Source of the DNA: the human T2T-CHM13v2.0 reference genome, Homo sapiens
NCBI RefSeq assembly: GCF_009914755.1
Contig: NC_060926.1
Length of the DNA stretch: 64,000 nt
Direction: 5' to 3' (one strand)
The notes beneath the pieces were generated by a model. That model was not told where the DNA came from. It saw only the letters and a list, made by a program, of their open reading frames with translations, and did not search any database. Below are positions 15,139 to 29,800 of this stretch, in pieces (the first letter of the stretch is position 1; the number at the start of each line of letters is the position of its first letter). Position numbers and translations under genes: made by a program.

Positions 15139-16674
15139 TTGATTCAGACTCTTAAAAGAGCCTGACTCCTAGAATGTTAGACCTATCACCTAGTCTGATT
15201 TTTCCATCACATAGATAAACAACTGAAGCCCAGAGAAGGAAAGGGACTCACCCAACTAGGTGGTGGTCGGCAAAAGAGCCCAGGCCCCAAAGTTATAATG
15301 ATATACACATTTCATTACACCATGCTGCCCCTGGGCCTCGCAAGCGTACATAAGTCATCACTATGCTGGGCTGTTCTTGTTCTCTCTCTCTCATGGGCTT
15401 AACACACAGAAGCACCCTGAATTTTAAACCAATAAAACACCCCTCCTTTTGCTGGAAGTATACATTCTAAAGGAACATGGACTACACGCAGAATTTATTA
15501 TAAAATACTTCAGGCTCCCTTGTTAACTAATGGTTCAAATTAAAGGAACATAAAGCAACCCCTATTTTACGTTGAAATTGCTATGTTAAAAGTTTAGATT
15601 TACCAAACAGTTGAATTAAGATGTAATTATTAGCATTTCCAAAAAATGTAGTCGCTCTTCAAAAGCACTCACCACAGGATTCCCTTATATAGCACTTAAT
15701 GTACTTAATGTACTGTACATTTAAAATTGGTTTTGATTGATGGGAGGGCCATTGACATGCAGCTTTCCAGGAACACAACTTTTTATAGAAAAAGTAGGAA
15801 CACTGAATGTGCTTTGTTTAGGCTATTATGTGCCATGTCACATTAAAAGTCTATTAGACAACCAGTGTCTCTTTTCAACGAGCTTATAAATTAACAGCAC
15901 GAAACACAGCAGCCAAATAAAACTATAGATCACAGTATGAGGATTTGTCTTAAGCGGTAGGCTGAGTTCACCCTGACATCTCATTTTATGGACAGGGAGG
16001 TCAAGCCCGTTGCCTTTCTTGACATTACTGAGTAGTGTTTGAGATAATGAAATGCTTAAATAATAGTAATTCTGAAATAACTCTAGATCTGTTTTCAAGT
16101 TTTAGCATTTGCCCCGGATTACCTGGGAGGTGAACACAGTTCTGAACCCCCTTCCCCATGGCCAGGTGGTCCAGGCAAATGCATCTGTAATGCCCCAGTA
16201 CTTTTGATGGAACATACCTAGAGGATCTCAGAACCAGAAGGAACTTGAAAAACATGAACCATCCCATGTAATTTTGTCTTGGGGAAGATGAGGCCAAGGC
16301 AAGAGAAATGACCTACCCACGGGTCACATATTTGGTTGTGACATATGTCAGAGCCAAGACGATTCTCCATTACTGGACTCCCTGCCCAGGGCACTTTTCA
16401 TACGCTTTTCAATTTGGATAGAACATCCTCCTTGCTCTCTCTCTTCCTCCCTTCCCTCTCCCTGAACAGCCAGCTACCGCTCCCTTTCCCCTCCTCTGGA
16501 ACACCTCTCCTGGAATACCCAACCGTGGGCTGTGCCCTAAACTAAAAAATGACATTGAACCCAAAACACTCATTCAGTGTCACTGCTGAGTCAGAAAGTC
16601 ACCGGCTTGATCAGTGCGGTTGTCCCTCGATGCCTCTCCTACTTTTTAATTGCGCCCCCATCCACTCTTGCTGT

Positions 16675-16852
16675 CACTGCTTTAAACACTGGCTGCACAT
16701 TAGAATCCCCTTGTGAGCTTTAAGAAAAGTACCAGTGCCTGGGCTCCCCCCGAAGAGATTGTGATTCAGTTGTCTGTGGTGGGCCACAGGCGCTGGCTTT
16801 CTCAGCACTCTCCAGGTGAGTTTAACCTGCAGGCAGAGTTGAGAGCCCGTGT
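16675..16852. mobile_element. MER5A-like MITE
   Basis: ggctgcacattagaatcccc...ctccaggtgag...gttgagagcc. Confidence 0.65.
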
Positions 16853-18537
16853 TGTGCAATATTAGTCCTAATTATTTTCGTGTACCTCCTGGACCTAAAT
16901 TACCAGTTGATGTAGGCAAAGCACAGAGGAAGTCAAATTTTCACAGAAGTGAATGGATTCACAAAAGCTGTCTATTTTCCTAAGACAACATAAGCTGCCC
17001 TTCCCTACTGCAATCTTATCTAGTGCCAGTGCCTTTGCCTATTACAAAATTTAAAAAGACTTTCAAATGTCATTTTCTATAAATCTACTGGCCAGTTCTT
17101 GGAATAAAACAAATCTCCTTGGTCCTGCTCCCACTTTGAAGGTGGCCTTAGGTGCGCAGGGACTTTGTGTGGCCCTAGTGAATCTTGGCAAGGAAAACAG
17201 TTCTCAAAATTGTTCACAAACGTGTGCCTGTGTATTACTGAAATAAGTCTGTATACCCAAGCCAAATGACAGCTAATGGCTTCCTTATCACTAAATATTG
17301 GAGTCAAAAGAATTTAGAGGCCAGGTAGAAAATTTCTGAAGAGCAGACAATTTTCTTGTGATCAAATTGTAAGTTCCTTATCAATATTGCATCATCCATT
17401 AACCCTTTATTGTAAAATAAGCAAAGAACATGTAAGGAAATGTGATATGAGACTCTGAATAGGATGACATCAGCCCAGCATGAGGGTCTTGCATCACTGT
17501 TCTGCAGGATTAAAAGACTAATTAAATTGGCCTATCTAATTTAAACATAAGCATGCATGAAAATAGGAAACATTCATAGAGGGTACATATTAACTCAAGA
17601 TGCTTGGCCAGACTTCTACAAGAGAAAAGTAATGTATAGAATTTGTTTGATTAGTGTTTAAACAAAGGGGGAGAACCTCATTTCAATGTGCTATCATGAA
17701 AGGAATCTTATACAAGGAAACAATTACTGTCAAGAAATGCAAGTACTTATTGCATGCTCTTGTAGGCCCTTTAGGGATTGTTAAACTGTTTAGAACCGAG
17801 GATAGCTTTTATTTTGTGAAAAGACATTTTAATCATGTATGCAAGAAAAAACACAGTGATTGTGAGCTGTTAAGTGGATGAATTACAGTGTGTTTGGTAC
17901 CCCATTGCTTCTCCTACCTACTATTGTCAATACTTTAGTATTTCATTTAATTAATAATGATTAGAACTAGGCAATGGGGGTATGGGGTGAGGTTGGGAAG
18001 AAGCATGCAAAATAAATCTTAAGGGCTACTTTTCCTAAAGTAACTAGCAATCTAGCTGAGGAAACAATATGAACACTCCATCACGCACTCCATCAAGTAC
18101 TCCATCAAGTATATAATTAAATGTTTAATGGATGAATATCCAATTCAATAGTAAAGACTCCAAGTACTATGGTAGTTCAAAGAAGAAAAAGATCCCTGTG
18201 GACTGCCCTGATATCGAAAGGTTTCATGGAGGAATTAGATCTCAAAGGATAGGAAGGATTTAGATGACGAGAGGGCAGAAAGTCCTGGGAAGGAGAACTG
18301 GTATAATGAGAAGTTTGGAGGGAGGAATGAGCTTGGCCTCTGAGAGGGTTTGCCAGGAGACTGACCTGGTTGGTGTGATAAAAACATGGGAGGAAGAATG
18401 AAAGGCCCGTAGCATAAAAGTAGAACCAGACAGTGCAGGGGACCTTGTTAATACCTGATGCCCCAGCTTTCTCTGAACTCTTATGTTTATAGTCTCTTCT
18501 GCTCAGCTGAATTCCTAGTTATAGGCTATTTACATGC

Positions 18538-18670
18538 TCCAGGCATGCTGGGCTGGTGGTACTAACCTGTAGTCCCAGCTACTTCAGAGTTTGAGGCAGA
18601 AGGATCGCTTGAGCCCTGGAGTTTGAGGCCAGCCTGGGCAACATAGTGAGATGCTCATCTCAAAAACAAA
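18538..18670 (+). mobile_element. Alu monomer (FLAM-like)
   Basis: Single arm: cctgtagtcccagctac...gagtttgaggccagcctgggcaacatagtgaga. Confidence 0.8.
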
Positions 18671-18814
18671 CCCCCACATGGATAAATAAATGCTTTAGGC
18701 AGATGTTCATTCTAAATTGCGCTCAGGGTTATTTTTTGTATCTTTAGTAGCTCCTGACACAGGGTTGCAGGTATAGTAGGTGTGCCCTAGTTTTTCCCTC
18801 TATTTAAAAAAAAA

Positions 18815-20485
18815 ACAAAGTGTCATTTACATACAGTAAACTTCACCTTTTAGCATATAGTTATTTGAGTTTTGACAATTACATACAGTCGTATAACCAT
18901 TATCGCAATAAAAATATAGAATAGTTCCATCACCTCCCAAATTCTCCCGTTATCTTTCCCCTTTCATAGTCAAGCCCTTTGCTCACCCTCAGCCCCGGGT
19001 AACCGCTGCGGTCTTTTCAGTGCCTATAACTGCTTTTTCCAGAATGTTGTTTAAATGGAATCGTACAGTATATGTGTAGCCTTTTGAGTTTGGCTTTTTT
19101 CATTTAGCATGGTGCATTTGAGATTTATTTATGTCATTGCTTGTGTCTGTAATTCATTCATTTTTGTTGCAGAATAGAACTCCGCACTTTATAGCTACAC
19201 ACCAATTTGTTTGGTTGTCCTTTTCTCAATTGAGAGATGTTTGGATTGCGTCTAGTTTTTGGTGCTTATAAATAAAGCTGCTATAGATATTTTCATACAG
19301 GTTTTTATGTAAACATAACTTTTTATTTCATTTGAATAAATATCTGGAAGTAAGATTGCTTGATTATGTATGGTAAGTGTGTGTTTTATTTTATAAGAAC
19401 CTGCAGGCTGGATGCAGTGGGTCACGCCTATAATCCCAGCAGTTTGGGAGGTCAAGGTGGGTGGATCACCTGAGGTCAGGAGTTCAAGACCAGCCTGACC
19501 AATAATGGTGAAACCCTGTCTCTACTAAGAAAAAAAAAAAAAATTAGCCAGGTGTGGTGGCATGCACCTGTAGTCCCAGCTACTCAGGAAGCTAAGACAG
19601 GAGAATTGCTTGAACCCGGGAGGCGGAGGTTGCAGTGAGCCAAGGTCGCACCACTACACTCCAGCCTGGGCAACAGAGCGAGACTCGGTCTCACACAAAG
19701 AAAAAAAAGAACCTGCAAACTCTTTTCCAAAGTGACAGGACCATTTTGTATTCTGACCAGCAATGCATGAAAGACACAATGCTGAAATTGCATGTTCACC
19801 AGCACTTCATATTTTCAGGTTTTATTTTATTATTTTTTAACATTAGCATTCTAATAGATATATAGTGGTATTTCACTGTCGTTTTAATTTGCCTTTTTCT
19901 AAAACTAATGTTGAGCATCTTTTCATGTGTTTAATTAGCATATATCTTTTTTGATAAGGTGTTGTTCACATTTTTAGCTCATTTTTTATTTGACTGTTTG
20001 CTTAATAATTATTGAGTTCTGAGAGTTCTTTACATATTCTACATGTGTTTTACCAGATGTGTGATTTGCAAATATTTTTTCCCATTTTGATACTTGTCTT
20101 TTCATTCTCTTAACATCTTGCAAACAGCAGAGGTTATTAATTTTGACAAAGTCAAATTTGTCAATCTTTTATGAATTATGCTTTTAATGTCATAGCTAAT
20201 CTTCACCCAAACCCAACGTCACAAAGATTTTTTGTGTTTTCCTCCACTGTTTTATAGTTTAGGTTTTACGTTTTTGTCCATGATCTATGTTGAGTTCATT
20301 TTTGTAGAAGATATGGGTCTATGCTTATTTTTTATGCATGGACATTCAATTGTCCAAGCACCACTTGTTGAAAGACTGCCATTTCTCCATTCACTTGCCT
20401 TTGCACCTTTTTTGAAAATCAATTGTATGCACATATGTGGATTAATTTCTGGACTCTATTCTGTTGATCTATTTGCCTATGTGTT
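18815..20485 (-). mobile_element. Old L1M (3' UTR into ORF2) interrupted by an Alu
   Basis: Antisense L1 motifs continue across the Alu at 19406-19708. Confidence 0.82.
19406..19708 (+). mobile_element. Alu (AluS) nested in L1
   Basis: Dimer; TSD aagaacctgca. Confidence 0.92.
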
Positions 20486-20634
20486 TGTTTTTTGTTGTAA
20501 TGATAGGAATGATGGTCTTTCCAGCTTTCTACATCTTAATCAGTGTTCTAATTACTTGTGAATAAGTAAGTTGATCACTCTTAGGCAATTCAGATAGGAT
20601 AGATAATGAGGTCTAGATAGTTCTTAAATGTGGC

Positions 20635-20923
20635 AGCCAGGCATGGTGGCTCATGCCTGGAATTTGGAAGCACTTTCGGAGGCCAAGGTGGAAAGATTGC
20701 TTGAGGCCAGGAGTTTGAGACCAGCCTGGGCAATATAGCAAGACCCCACCTCTGTAAATAAAGACCCAGACAGGCAGGGCATGGTGGCACACTCCTGTAG
20801 CCCCGCATACTTGGGAGGTTGAGGTGGAATGATAGTCTGAGTCCAGAGGTTCAAGGCTGCAGTGAGCTGTGATTATGCCACTGCACTAGATCCAGCCTAG
20901 GCAACAGAGCGAGACTGTGTCTC
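20635..20923 (+). mobile_element. Alu (AluJ-like)
   Basis: Diverged dimer followed by a T tract instead of an A tail. Confidence 0.85.
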
Positions 20924-20979
20924 TATTTTTTTTTTTTTTTTTAATGTAGTCCTGGTCACATCATCCCTAAACTTGTTAG

Positions 20980-21108
20980 AAGTGGTTCTCAACCCCTTCC
21001 CAGAGCTGGCCTGCTGAATGAGCAGTTCTAGAAGTGAAGTCCAGCAGTGTATGTTTGAGCATGCCTTCTGGCTAATTCTGATGCATGCTGAAGTTTCAGA
21101 TTCACTGT
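20980..21108. mobile_element. MER5A-like fragment
   Basis: agtggttctcaacc...aattctgatgcatgctgaagtttcagattcactg. Confidence 0.6.
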
Positions 21109-21184
21109 TATTTTAAGCAGAGAGAACCTCAGAATTTAGTTCATTTAGAAGAAAATGGTGATGGAGTTATATTAATAAACCTAA

Positions 21185-21568
<384 letters not shown>

Positions 21569-21797
21569 TCACACTACAATCCACCTGCCAGGGAGCACCC
21601 CCTTGAGATGTCCTGGCCTCTCACACACCCCCTATGCTCCCTGCCATATATATTGTGGTGAGAGAGGGAGTTGTCTCTATGAGTTTTAATTTTCTATGAG
21701 TTTTAGCTTCTTCTGTGTGTTAATTCAGGTTTGTCAAGGGATTGTGGTTATTGTCTGAAAGACAGAAACACCATTTTTCCCTTCCTCTGGCCTTTAA

Positions 21798-21800
<3 letters not shown>

Positions 21801-21845
<45 letters not shown>

Positions 21846-21851
21846 TTTTTT
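21801..21851. repeat. (AT)n followed by (T)n compound microsatellite
   Basis: atatat...attttt... seen directly. Confidence 0.95.
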
Positions 21852-23381
21852 AATAGAATCCTTTAGCCATCACATTCCAACAGGAAATGTGTTTTGCCCC
21901 TAAGGAGCAGGAGGCAATTTCTGATCTCTAGAAAGGTCTTCAGGCTAGCTATTAACATCAGAAAGAGCCACGTCAGGGGTCTAACAGGTGCACATTTCAG
22001 GCTGACAGGTTAAGAGTCAACCTGAAGTTCTGGTTAATGACTAATTAAGTTGCGGGTAGTTCTTAGCTAGAAATCAACTGGAGTTCTCATGAGCTGAAAA
22101 TAGGGAGAATAATATCTTTTTAGCTTTTAAAATGCACCGTGCTTCCTCAGGGCAAGAGGAAGGTGGTTGTCGTGGTCTTGCCTGTTTGACAGTAGATGCA
22201 GGAAGACCTCTACTTCCAAGGAATTATTTGTGCCAGACTGCTAGCCAGAGAGGCCAGGGCATCTCTAGAATGAAGGAGTAACGCCTTTTTGAACACTGCA
22301 ATGTTTTTCTCAGGCAGGTGGTTTGGAAGAACAAAATATATAATGTCATGTCTTCATTTTAGTTCTCCTGCCTTAAACACATACATGCACACAGATGCAT
22401 GAGAGTTGAACCTTTTACTTCAGATTTTCCATAATAAGTTTGATCTGGGCCTTTGCTGACTGCTGTGTTTGGAGAAAGAAGATCATGTTTATTTAAAAAA
22501 CAGAAGCATTAATTTCAATCTTTGTGGCCTCAGTATTGAGGAGGGGACTGACCTGGAGAGAGAATAGACTTTTTCTTCATGGCTAGGTGTTCCTGCTGGG
22601 CACAGGATGGCTCAGATCAGATTTAGGGAACACTTTGATCTGAAACTTTCTTCCTTGCTTTTCTCAAGCAGATACAAACTTTTTGTTCCCAGAGGTTAAT
22701 GCCTGTGTGATGATTATATTTGCTCCGGAATCATCTAACTTACCCTCTTACCTTTCAAAATTCTGCATGAAACAGCCAGGGTCCACACAAATGAGCTAAA
22801 GTGGGGCCTCTGGTCTTCTCTCTGTCACCTCCTTATGTTCCCTGGCATGTGTGTTGTGGTGTGAGAGGGAGTTGTCTCTATGAGTTTTAATTTTCCGGGT
22901 TTTATTTGTTTGTTTGTTTGTTTACTAGCAGTCTGGTTTCAAAAAAACTTTCAGAACTTCTTGTCAGACCCCATATACATTTAAAAGAAATTGGCCTCTC
23001 CTCTTCCTATCTGCTAATCATTTTTCACATCGTTTTTTCATTTACAGCATTTGGGAAGGAAAGTTCACTTAAAAAATCTTTAGACCACCTGTTAGAGAAA
23101 TACAAACAGAATGCTTGTTTTCTGGGATAAAGGGGGGAAAACCTCCATTTCATATTTTTTAATGTGTGTGGTATGGTGGAAAAGACATGAACTTTGGAAC
23201 CGGTCTGGCCTTGGGACCAAATCGAACTCCACCACTTAATAACTATGTACACCTAGATGAGTCACTTGGATTTTCTTAGTGCCGGTTTCCTCATTGTGTG
23301 GTGGAGGTAGTGATACTAATCGTGTAGAATCCTTTCGAGAAATAGAGAAAATATGTTTTAATCACCTGCTATACCATAAAT

Positions 23382-23699
23382 CAGTGTTCCCCAACCTTTT
23401 GGTACCAGGGACTGGTTTCATGGAAGACAGTTTTTCCACTGATGGGCAGGGAGTGGTGTGGGGGGCAGAAGGGGAAGGGCATTAGATTCTCATAAGAAGC
23501 CCCCAACCTAGATCCCTCACGTGTGCAGTTTACAATAGGGTTCCCGCTCCTATGAGAATCTAATGCTGCTGCTGGTCTGACAGGAGGTGGAGCTCAGGCA
23601 ATAATGCTTGCCCACCCACCAATCACCTCCTGCTGTGCAGCCAGGTTCCTAACAGGCCACAGACCAGTACTGTGGTCCCCTGGGGATTGGGGGCCCCTG
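23382..23699. mobile_element. MER1B-like hAT-Charlie DNA transposon
   Basis: TIRs cagtgttccccaacc / ggattgggggcccctg; internal inverted repeat cattagattctcata...tatgagaatctaatg; 8-bp TSD ccataaat / ctgtaaat. Confidence 0.88.
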
Positions 23700-24693
23700 C
23701 TGTAAATGGTGCCTATTATTTCTAACATCCCGTTTTCAGTGGATTTTATCTTTTGCTTTAGAGATGCCAAGCACCCATCAGCCTTTGACTGAAAAATTCC
23801 CCAAATTTAGCTCCTGCCTCACTCTCCTTGCAGTTCCTACAATCCTTTCTGCCCCCCAGTTTTCCTACCTGCCCAGCACAACCTCTCCAAAAAGGATCTG
23901 AGATTCACCTATGTTGAACTTATAATGGCCCTCGCAGAGGCTTTCTGTTTCAACAGGGTTGAAAGCCTGGCACTAAGGAGTAAAGCAAACACAGAGGGGC
24001 TGGAAGCAAGAGGGATCACTTTATTTTTTAGAATACCAGGACTTTAGCGTCTCTGAATTCCCAGCTCTCAGGAGCTAAGTCAGCCTTACTCACTTATACA
24101 CAGGCCCTGGTTTCCATGTGATAGTGATTCTAATATAAGCTGACCTATCATAGCATTGATCCTTCCTCTGCTTCTCTCCATAGGCAGGAGTGTGTAACAC
24201 CAAGTACAGTAGTCACAATACCTACCTCCTTTCCCCCCCCCGATTTGGTTGAGCAGTGAACAAGTCTCAGAGTTAAAAACATTTTTCCTTGCAATGTTTA
24301 CCCTGACTTTCTCCTGCTTTACCTATTACCTCTTGAATGAAGTATCTACTGCTATATAACAAGTTATCTCAAATTCAGCAGCTGAAGATAGTAATCAAGA
24401 TTTATTGTGTCATTCATTTTCCGTGAGTCGGTTTCTGTAACCCCATAGCCTTTAGGGCTGCAATGCCTATGGCACTAAAAGTCTTGTTATTTGTTTGAGG
24501 GGGGAATGTCCCATTTCACTTGGCACATTTCACACCCTTTCCATGTTCACCAAGTAGCACCTGGGGACAGGCAGAGACCCCATTTAGACTTTCAGTTCAG
24601 GAGCAGCTTTAGCTGAGGAGCCAGGCTTGTTAGCATTTCAGAGGTGTAGCAGCCTGCCTTGGCCAGGGCAGTGCTACTCCATTGCCAGGATTC

Positions 24694-24990
<297 letters not shown>

Positions 24991-26260
24991 GCCAGGGATT
25001 CTTAAGACTGTGGTAGACCTCAACCCCAGCCTCGCCTTTGCTACCTGTTCCCAGGTACTGCTTAAACCAAAACCTACTGAAAAGGCAAGTGGGTGACTAG
25101 CGTATGCAGGGCTTAGATTTTTGGATTAGGAAAGTGACACTTTCTTTAAGTAAAGACACAACTCTTGGGCTTTCCTGAGGTCAGCAAGGTGTAGGATGGA
25201 AGGTGAATTTTAGGAAAGAAGTTGGGTAATGTAGAACCATTCCTACTTTCCCCCCAGGGCCCTAAAGAATGTATACCTATAAGAAATCTGGCTGAGATTT
25301 AAGGCAGGGCCTGTGGCCAGTAATATTTACCTTCTAGACAAAGATAACTCACTCATTTGAGGAATTTGGTCGCTACTTTTACTTCATTAGCACCAAGGAC
25401 TGAGCTAACTGGATCTCCCTTAAGCATCTGTGGCCTCAGAATTTTTTCTCAGGTTCATTAAACTGAAAACGCCCACCACCCCCCTTCCTTTTTTGTTCCC
25501 CTCTTGGCAGTTTTCATTTTCTCCAAATGGAAGTTTATAGATATGCAGCTCAGCATTTAGCTGATGTTTCTCTTGGTTGCAGAGCTATTAGAAATAGACT
25601 TTTTTCCTCACACAGTGACTATTCTTTTCCCAACATTCTCATATCACTATAGAAGACAGCTCCGGGGGAGAGAGGAGTTGCCAAGCCTTAAGGCCCGAAT
25701 AACTGGGAATCTGGCAAATTTCCTGGACTATGATGTCCCCTGGCCTGGGAGAAGTGCCAGCAGCGGGGGTGTCAGGGAGAGGCACTGTGCTGTGTGCATG
25801 TGCGTGTCAGAGCTCCTGAGCCCTGAAGGAGCATGAGTTCGATTCTGGGATGCTTTCAGTTATTAAAAGCATTATTGCTTTTGACCTTCTCATCCCTCTC
25901 TCCATGTGCAGAGTTTTGGTCAGTCTCAGTGGAACATAAAAACTGGTAAGAAAAAGTTTAATTGAAGCAGGTTTTTGAAGCCAAAGGAAAAGATATAAGT
26001 TCCACAAGAGCTGTGGCCATTATAGCTGTTTCTGTGGAAAGACTTGGGGCTTGTTCACCTATATGAAGCTTCCTAAGGGACGTCTATCTCCCAGTGCCCT
26101 GCCGTGGGGACTAGATGGGCCTGGGTCGATAGAAGGGAGGATGGAAGGAAGGCAAGCTCGTTTCCTGATCAGTAGGAACCAAAAAACCAGGGAGAGTAGA
26201 TTGTGTTATGTAAAATGAGTCCCTCTGCTTTCTGGGAACATGTGGGGTTCATTTAGGTAA

Positions 26261-26860
<600 letters not shown>

Positions 26861-29800
26861 TGAGGAACTAAAAAGTTGGCTCACTGTGGTAGTCTGGGAA
26901 ATTGTGCAGGCACGTACCTTTGAGAAGCTCTGTGGAGCCCAAGGTGAGGTAGCTGGGAGCCTTGTGACGTCGAAGGGTGTGATCTTGAGTTCACTTTGCT
27001 TTAGTCTCATGAATGTGGCCTGCCACTGACTGGGTGATGTGGAATGGCTGCTACGAACAGCACTGGAAGGGTGTGGGTTTTTCAATAAATAACCCCATAG
27101 CCTTTAGGGTTGCAGTGCCTATGGCATTAAAAGGCTTGTTATTTGTTCGAGGGAGGAATGTCCCACTCTACTCGGCACATTCACACCCTTTCCATGTTCA
27201 CCAACCAGCACCTGGGGACAGGCAGAGACCCTACTAAGACTTTTAATCCTGCTGTCCACAGGCCCGTTTTAATACAGCATTTTAGAAGCATGAGCAGTGG
27301 CCAGAACCTGGCCTCATGGAACGTGAGCTCCATTGTGCTCAGGTGCCCGAGAATGCAGCAATTGCTCAGTTTCCTGTGATTCATCTCAGATCATCACTGG
27401 CACCAACAGGGATTCTGGTCCCACCCTTGGCTGGTGCCCCACTTGGCAGATTTCCCAGGCTGGGAGCACTCTTTGAGCTTTCAGCAGGTCTGCCTGGAGG
27501 CTTTTTGCTCTGTGGTTTCCTCCTGGAAGTAGTAATTTTTACTGGGTACCAGAAGCATGCAGTAAAGTTCCACCATGACTCTAATATGTAACTGTGAATG
27601 GATGGAGGAGGGAATGAACGAATGGGCGAATGAATGAATGAATGAATATAGACTAGAGGCTAGCAGGCTTCCTGCTTAAGTGAAATCACTGCTCCTCGGT
27701 GCTTCTTTGTGTTCAACACAGTGTGCTTGGCATCAGAAACCATGGGGCAGTGAGATTGGGGTTTGGCATCTTCTTTTCTCACATTATCTGTCAATCACCA
27801 TGTTTTGACTCAGTTTACTCTAATGCTGCTGTGCCTACCATATCAAAGTCTGAGATTTTCACTTTTTTTTTCCTATGTAGTGAACACTAGCTGCAGTTTT
27901 GTTTTCATACCTGGACAGAGCATAAATCCTGCCATGAACACAGCAAAGATCATTCAGAAAGTGAAGAGGAAGGAGAAACAACGGTTCATGTTAAACTTGA
28001 GATGCTAATCTTGAAATGCCACCCGTTCTCTTCTGATTAGATTACATGCAGAATAAAACATGCAGGCAATCTCAAACCTCTCCTCTCAGACGTTTCTGAT
28101 TCTTATTGTGTGCCTCTCTGGGAAGATACAGATAGCATCGAATAATCTCTCTGAGGGAATTAGTTGCTGTTTCCTCTTTCCTGTTTTGAACAAATTTTCT
28201 TTAATGCATTGTGTGAGTACACATGTAGAACATATTCTTTGACATCACATAAATATTTACACAATATTTAAAACTCACTGTCATGAAGTATTTATTTCAC
28301 TTGCAAACATTATCATCTATTGTTCTATGGAAAATTACAAAATAAAAGGCACGGGTGCTTTGATTTTTAGTACCTGGTTTTGTTTGTTTTGTTTTCTTTC
28401 CATTGACCTTGCATATTTACCAGTGAATTTATAAAGTCAAAACAGAGCATTATTGAAAGGGAAAATTAAGTAGACTCCCCAGAGATTGAGAGGTAAAGTT
28501 TGCACCCTAGCTTCTGTGAGGAGCACCTCCCAGTCATAATCACTGTACTCTGGACTATCATGGCAATTTCTTGCTTTGTTAGCAGAGACCTGTCTATTAA
28601 GGACCAAATCCAGAATATCTGAGAACAAAATTGAGGGAGTAGCCATGGGTTATCCCTTTGTGCCTAGAACATTGCCTGGAATCCAGTGTCCACATGATAA
28701 ACATTTTTAGGATGAATAGCTTATTATATACCCTTGCAGAAATTTTCCATCCACAGTCTTGCTTATATGCGTTTGAGTGTATTCTTTTTTTCTCATTTTA
28801 TACAAATAAATACACACTATCGACATGTTTCTTAGTTTTCTTTTTCTGCTTAGTTTCTTGGTGGGCTTAGCATAGCTGCTTTGTTAAACCGCTGCATTAC
28901 GTTCCATTATGTGGGTGTGCCATGACTTAATCAGTCCCCCTCAGCTTTCTTTTCTAAGTATCTAGGTGAGAGCAAGGGCAGATGTGTGGGGAGGTGGGTG
29001 ATCAGCAGCTGACAGGAAACTTCTACACACACAGTTGGGTACAAGTGGGACTAGGCTATTTTGCCATCCTTGGGAGGCGTGGATGGCTGGGCCAGGGTGG
29101 GAAATCCCAAACTGACATTTACTGTTGGCTGCATGGCCTTTCACAAGACAGTTATTTAACCTCTTTGTGCCAAAAGTAATGCCTTGTGATATTAGAGGAA
29201 GTACGTAAGATGCTTACATATTGCATGAATATGTAATGTTGATACTTCATAGATGTGTAACATGACCGCAGGTGCCTGTGATGCTCCCACAAACGTGTGC
29301 GTGAGATACTATCTCGCACGTGTGTGATGCTCTGTCACACATGTGAGGTACTACCTTGCACGCATGCGGGATACTGTCGTGTGTGTCAGATAGTAGTACC
29401 TCATACACTTAAGGTGCTTGGAATCATGCTCAGCATCTGGCAGGGGTCCCATAAATGCTAGCTGACATCTTTCAGCTTTTGAATAGGCAGGGTTTGACAG
29501 TTATTTAGACCAAAATACCAGGATAGTTGAATTGTTTTCTTTGTGTTGTAAAATTACCTTGAAGACTATAATCACTCTTTACCTGGATTCCAAGATAAGC
29601 CTCCTGATGAGCTGACCCCCACCCCAACCCCAGGGTTTTCCTCAATCTAGTCCCATTTCTGCTTTTTTCTAGAGTTAAGTCAGTGTTCCTTGCCCAGCCC
29701 AGTCTTTCTGACAGTTTTCCCAGTCCTAAAGCCTTGTGGGATGGGGTGTGGGGAAGATAAGGCAGGCGCTCCCTCTTACAGTGGCAAGTAGGTAACATCT

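Noticed and set aside
24438-24592. Duplicated 155-bp unit considered as an intronic H/ACA snoRNA pair
   Set aside because: The size fits, but I could not find a convincing hairpin-H box-hairpin-ACA layout; kept only as a duplication.
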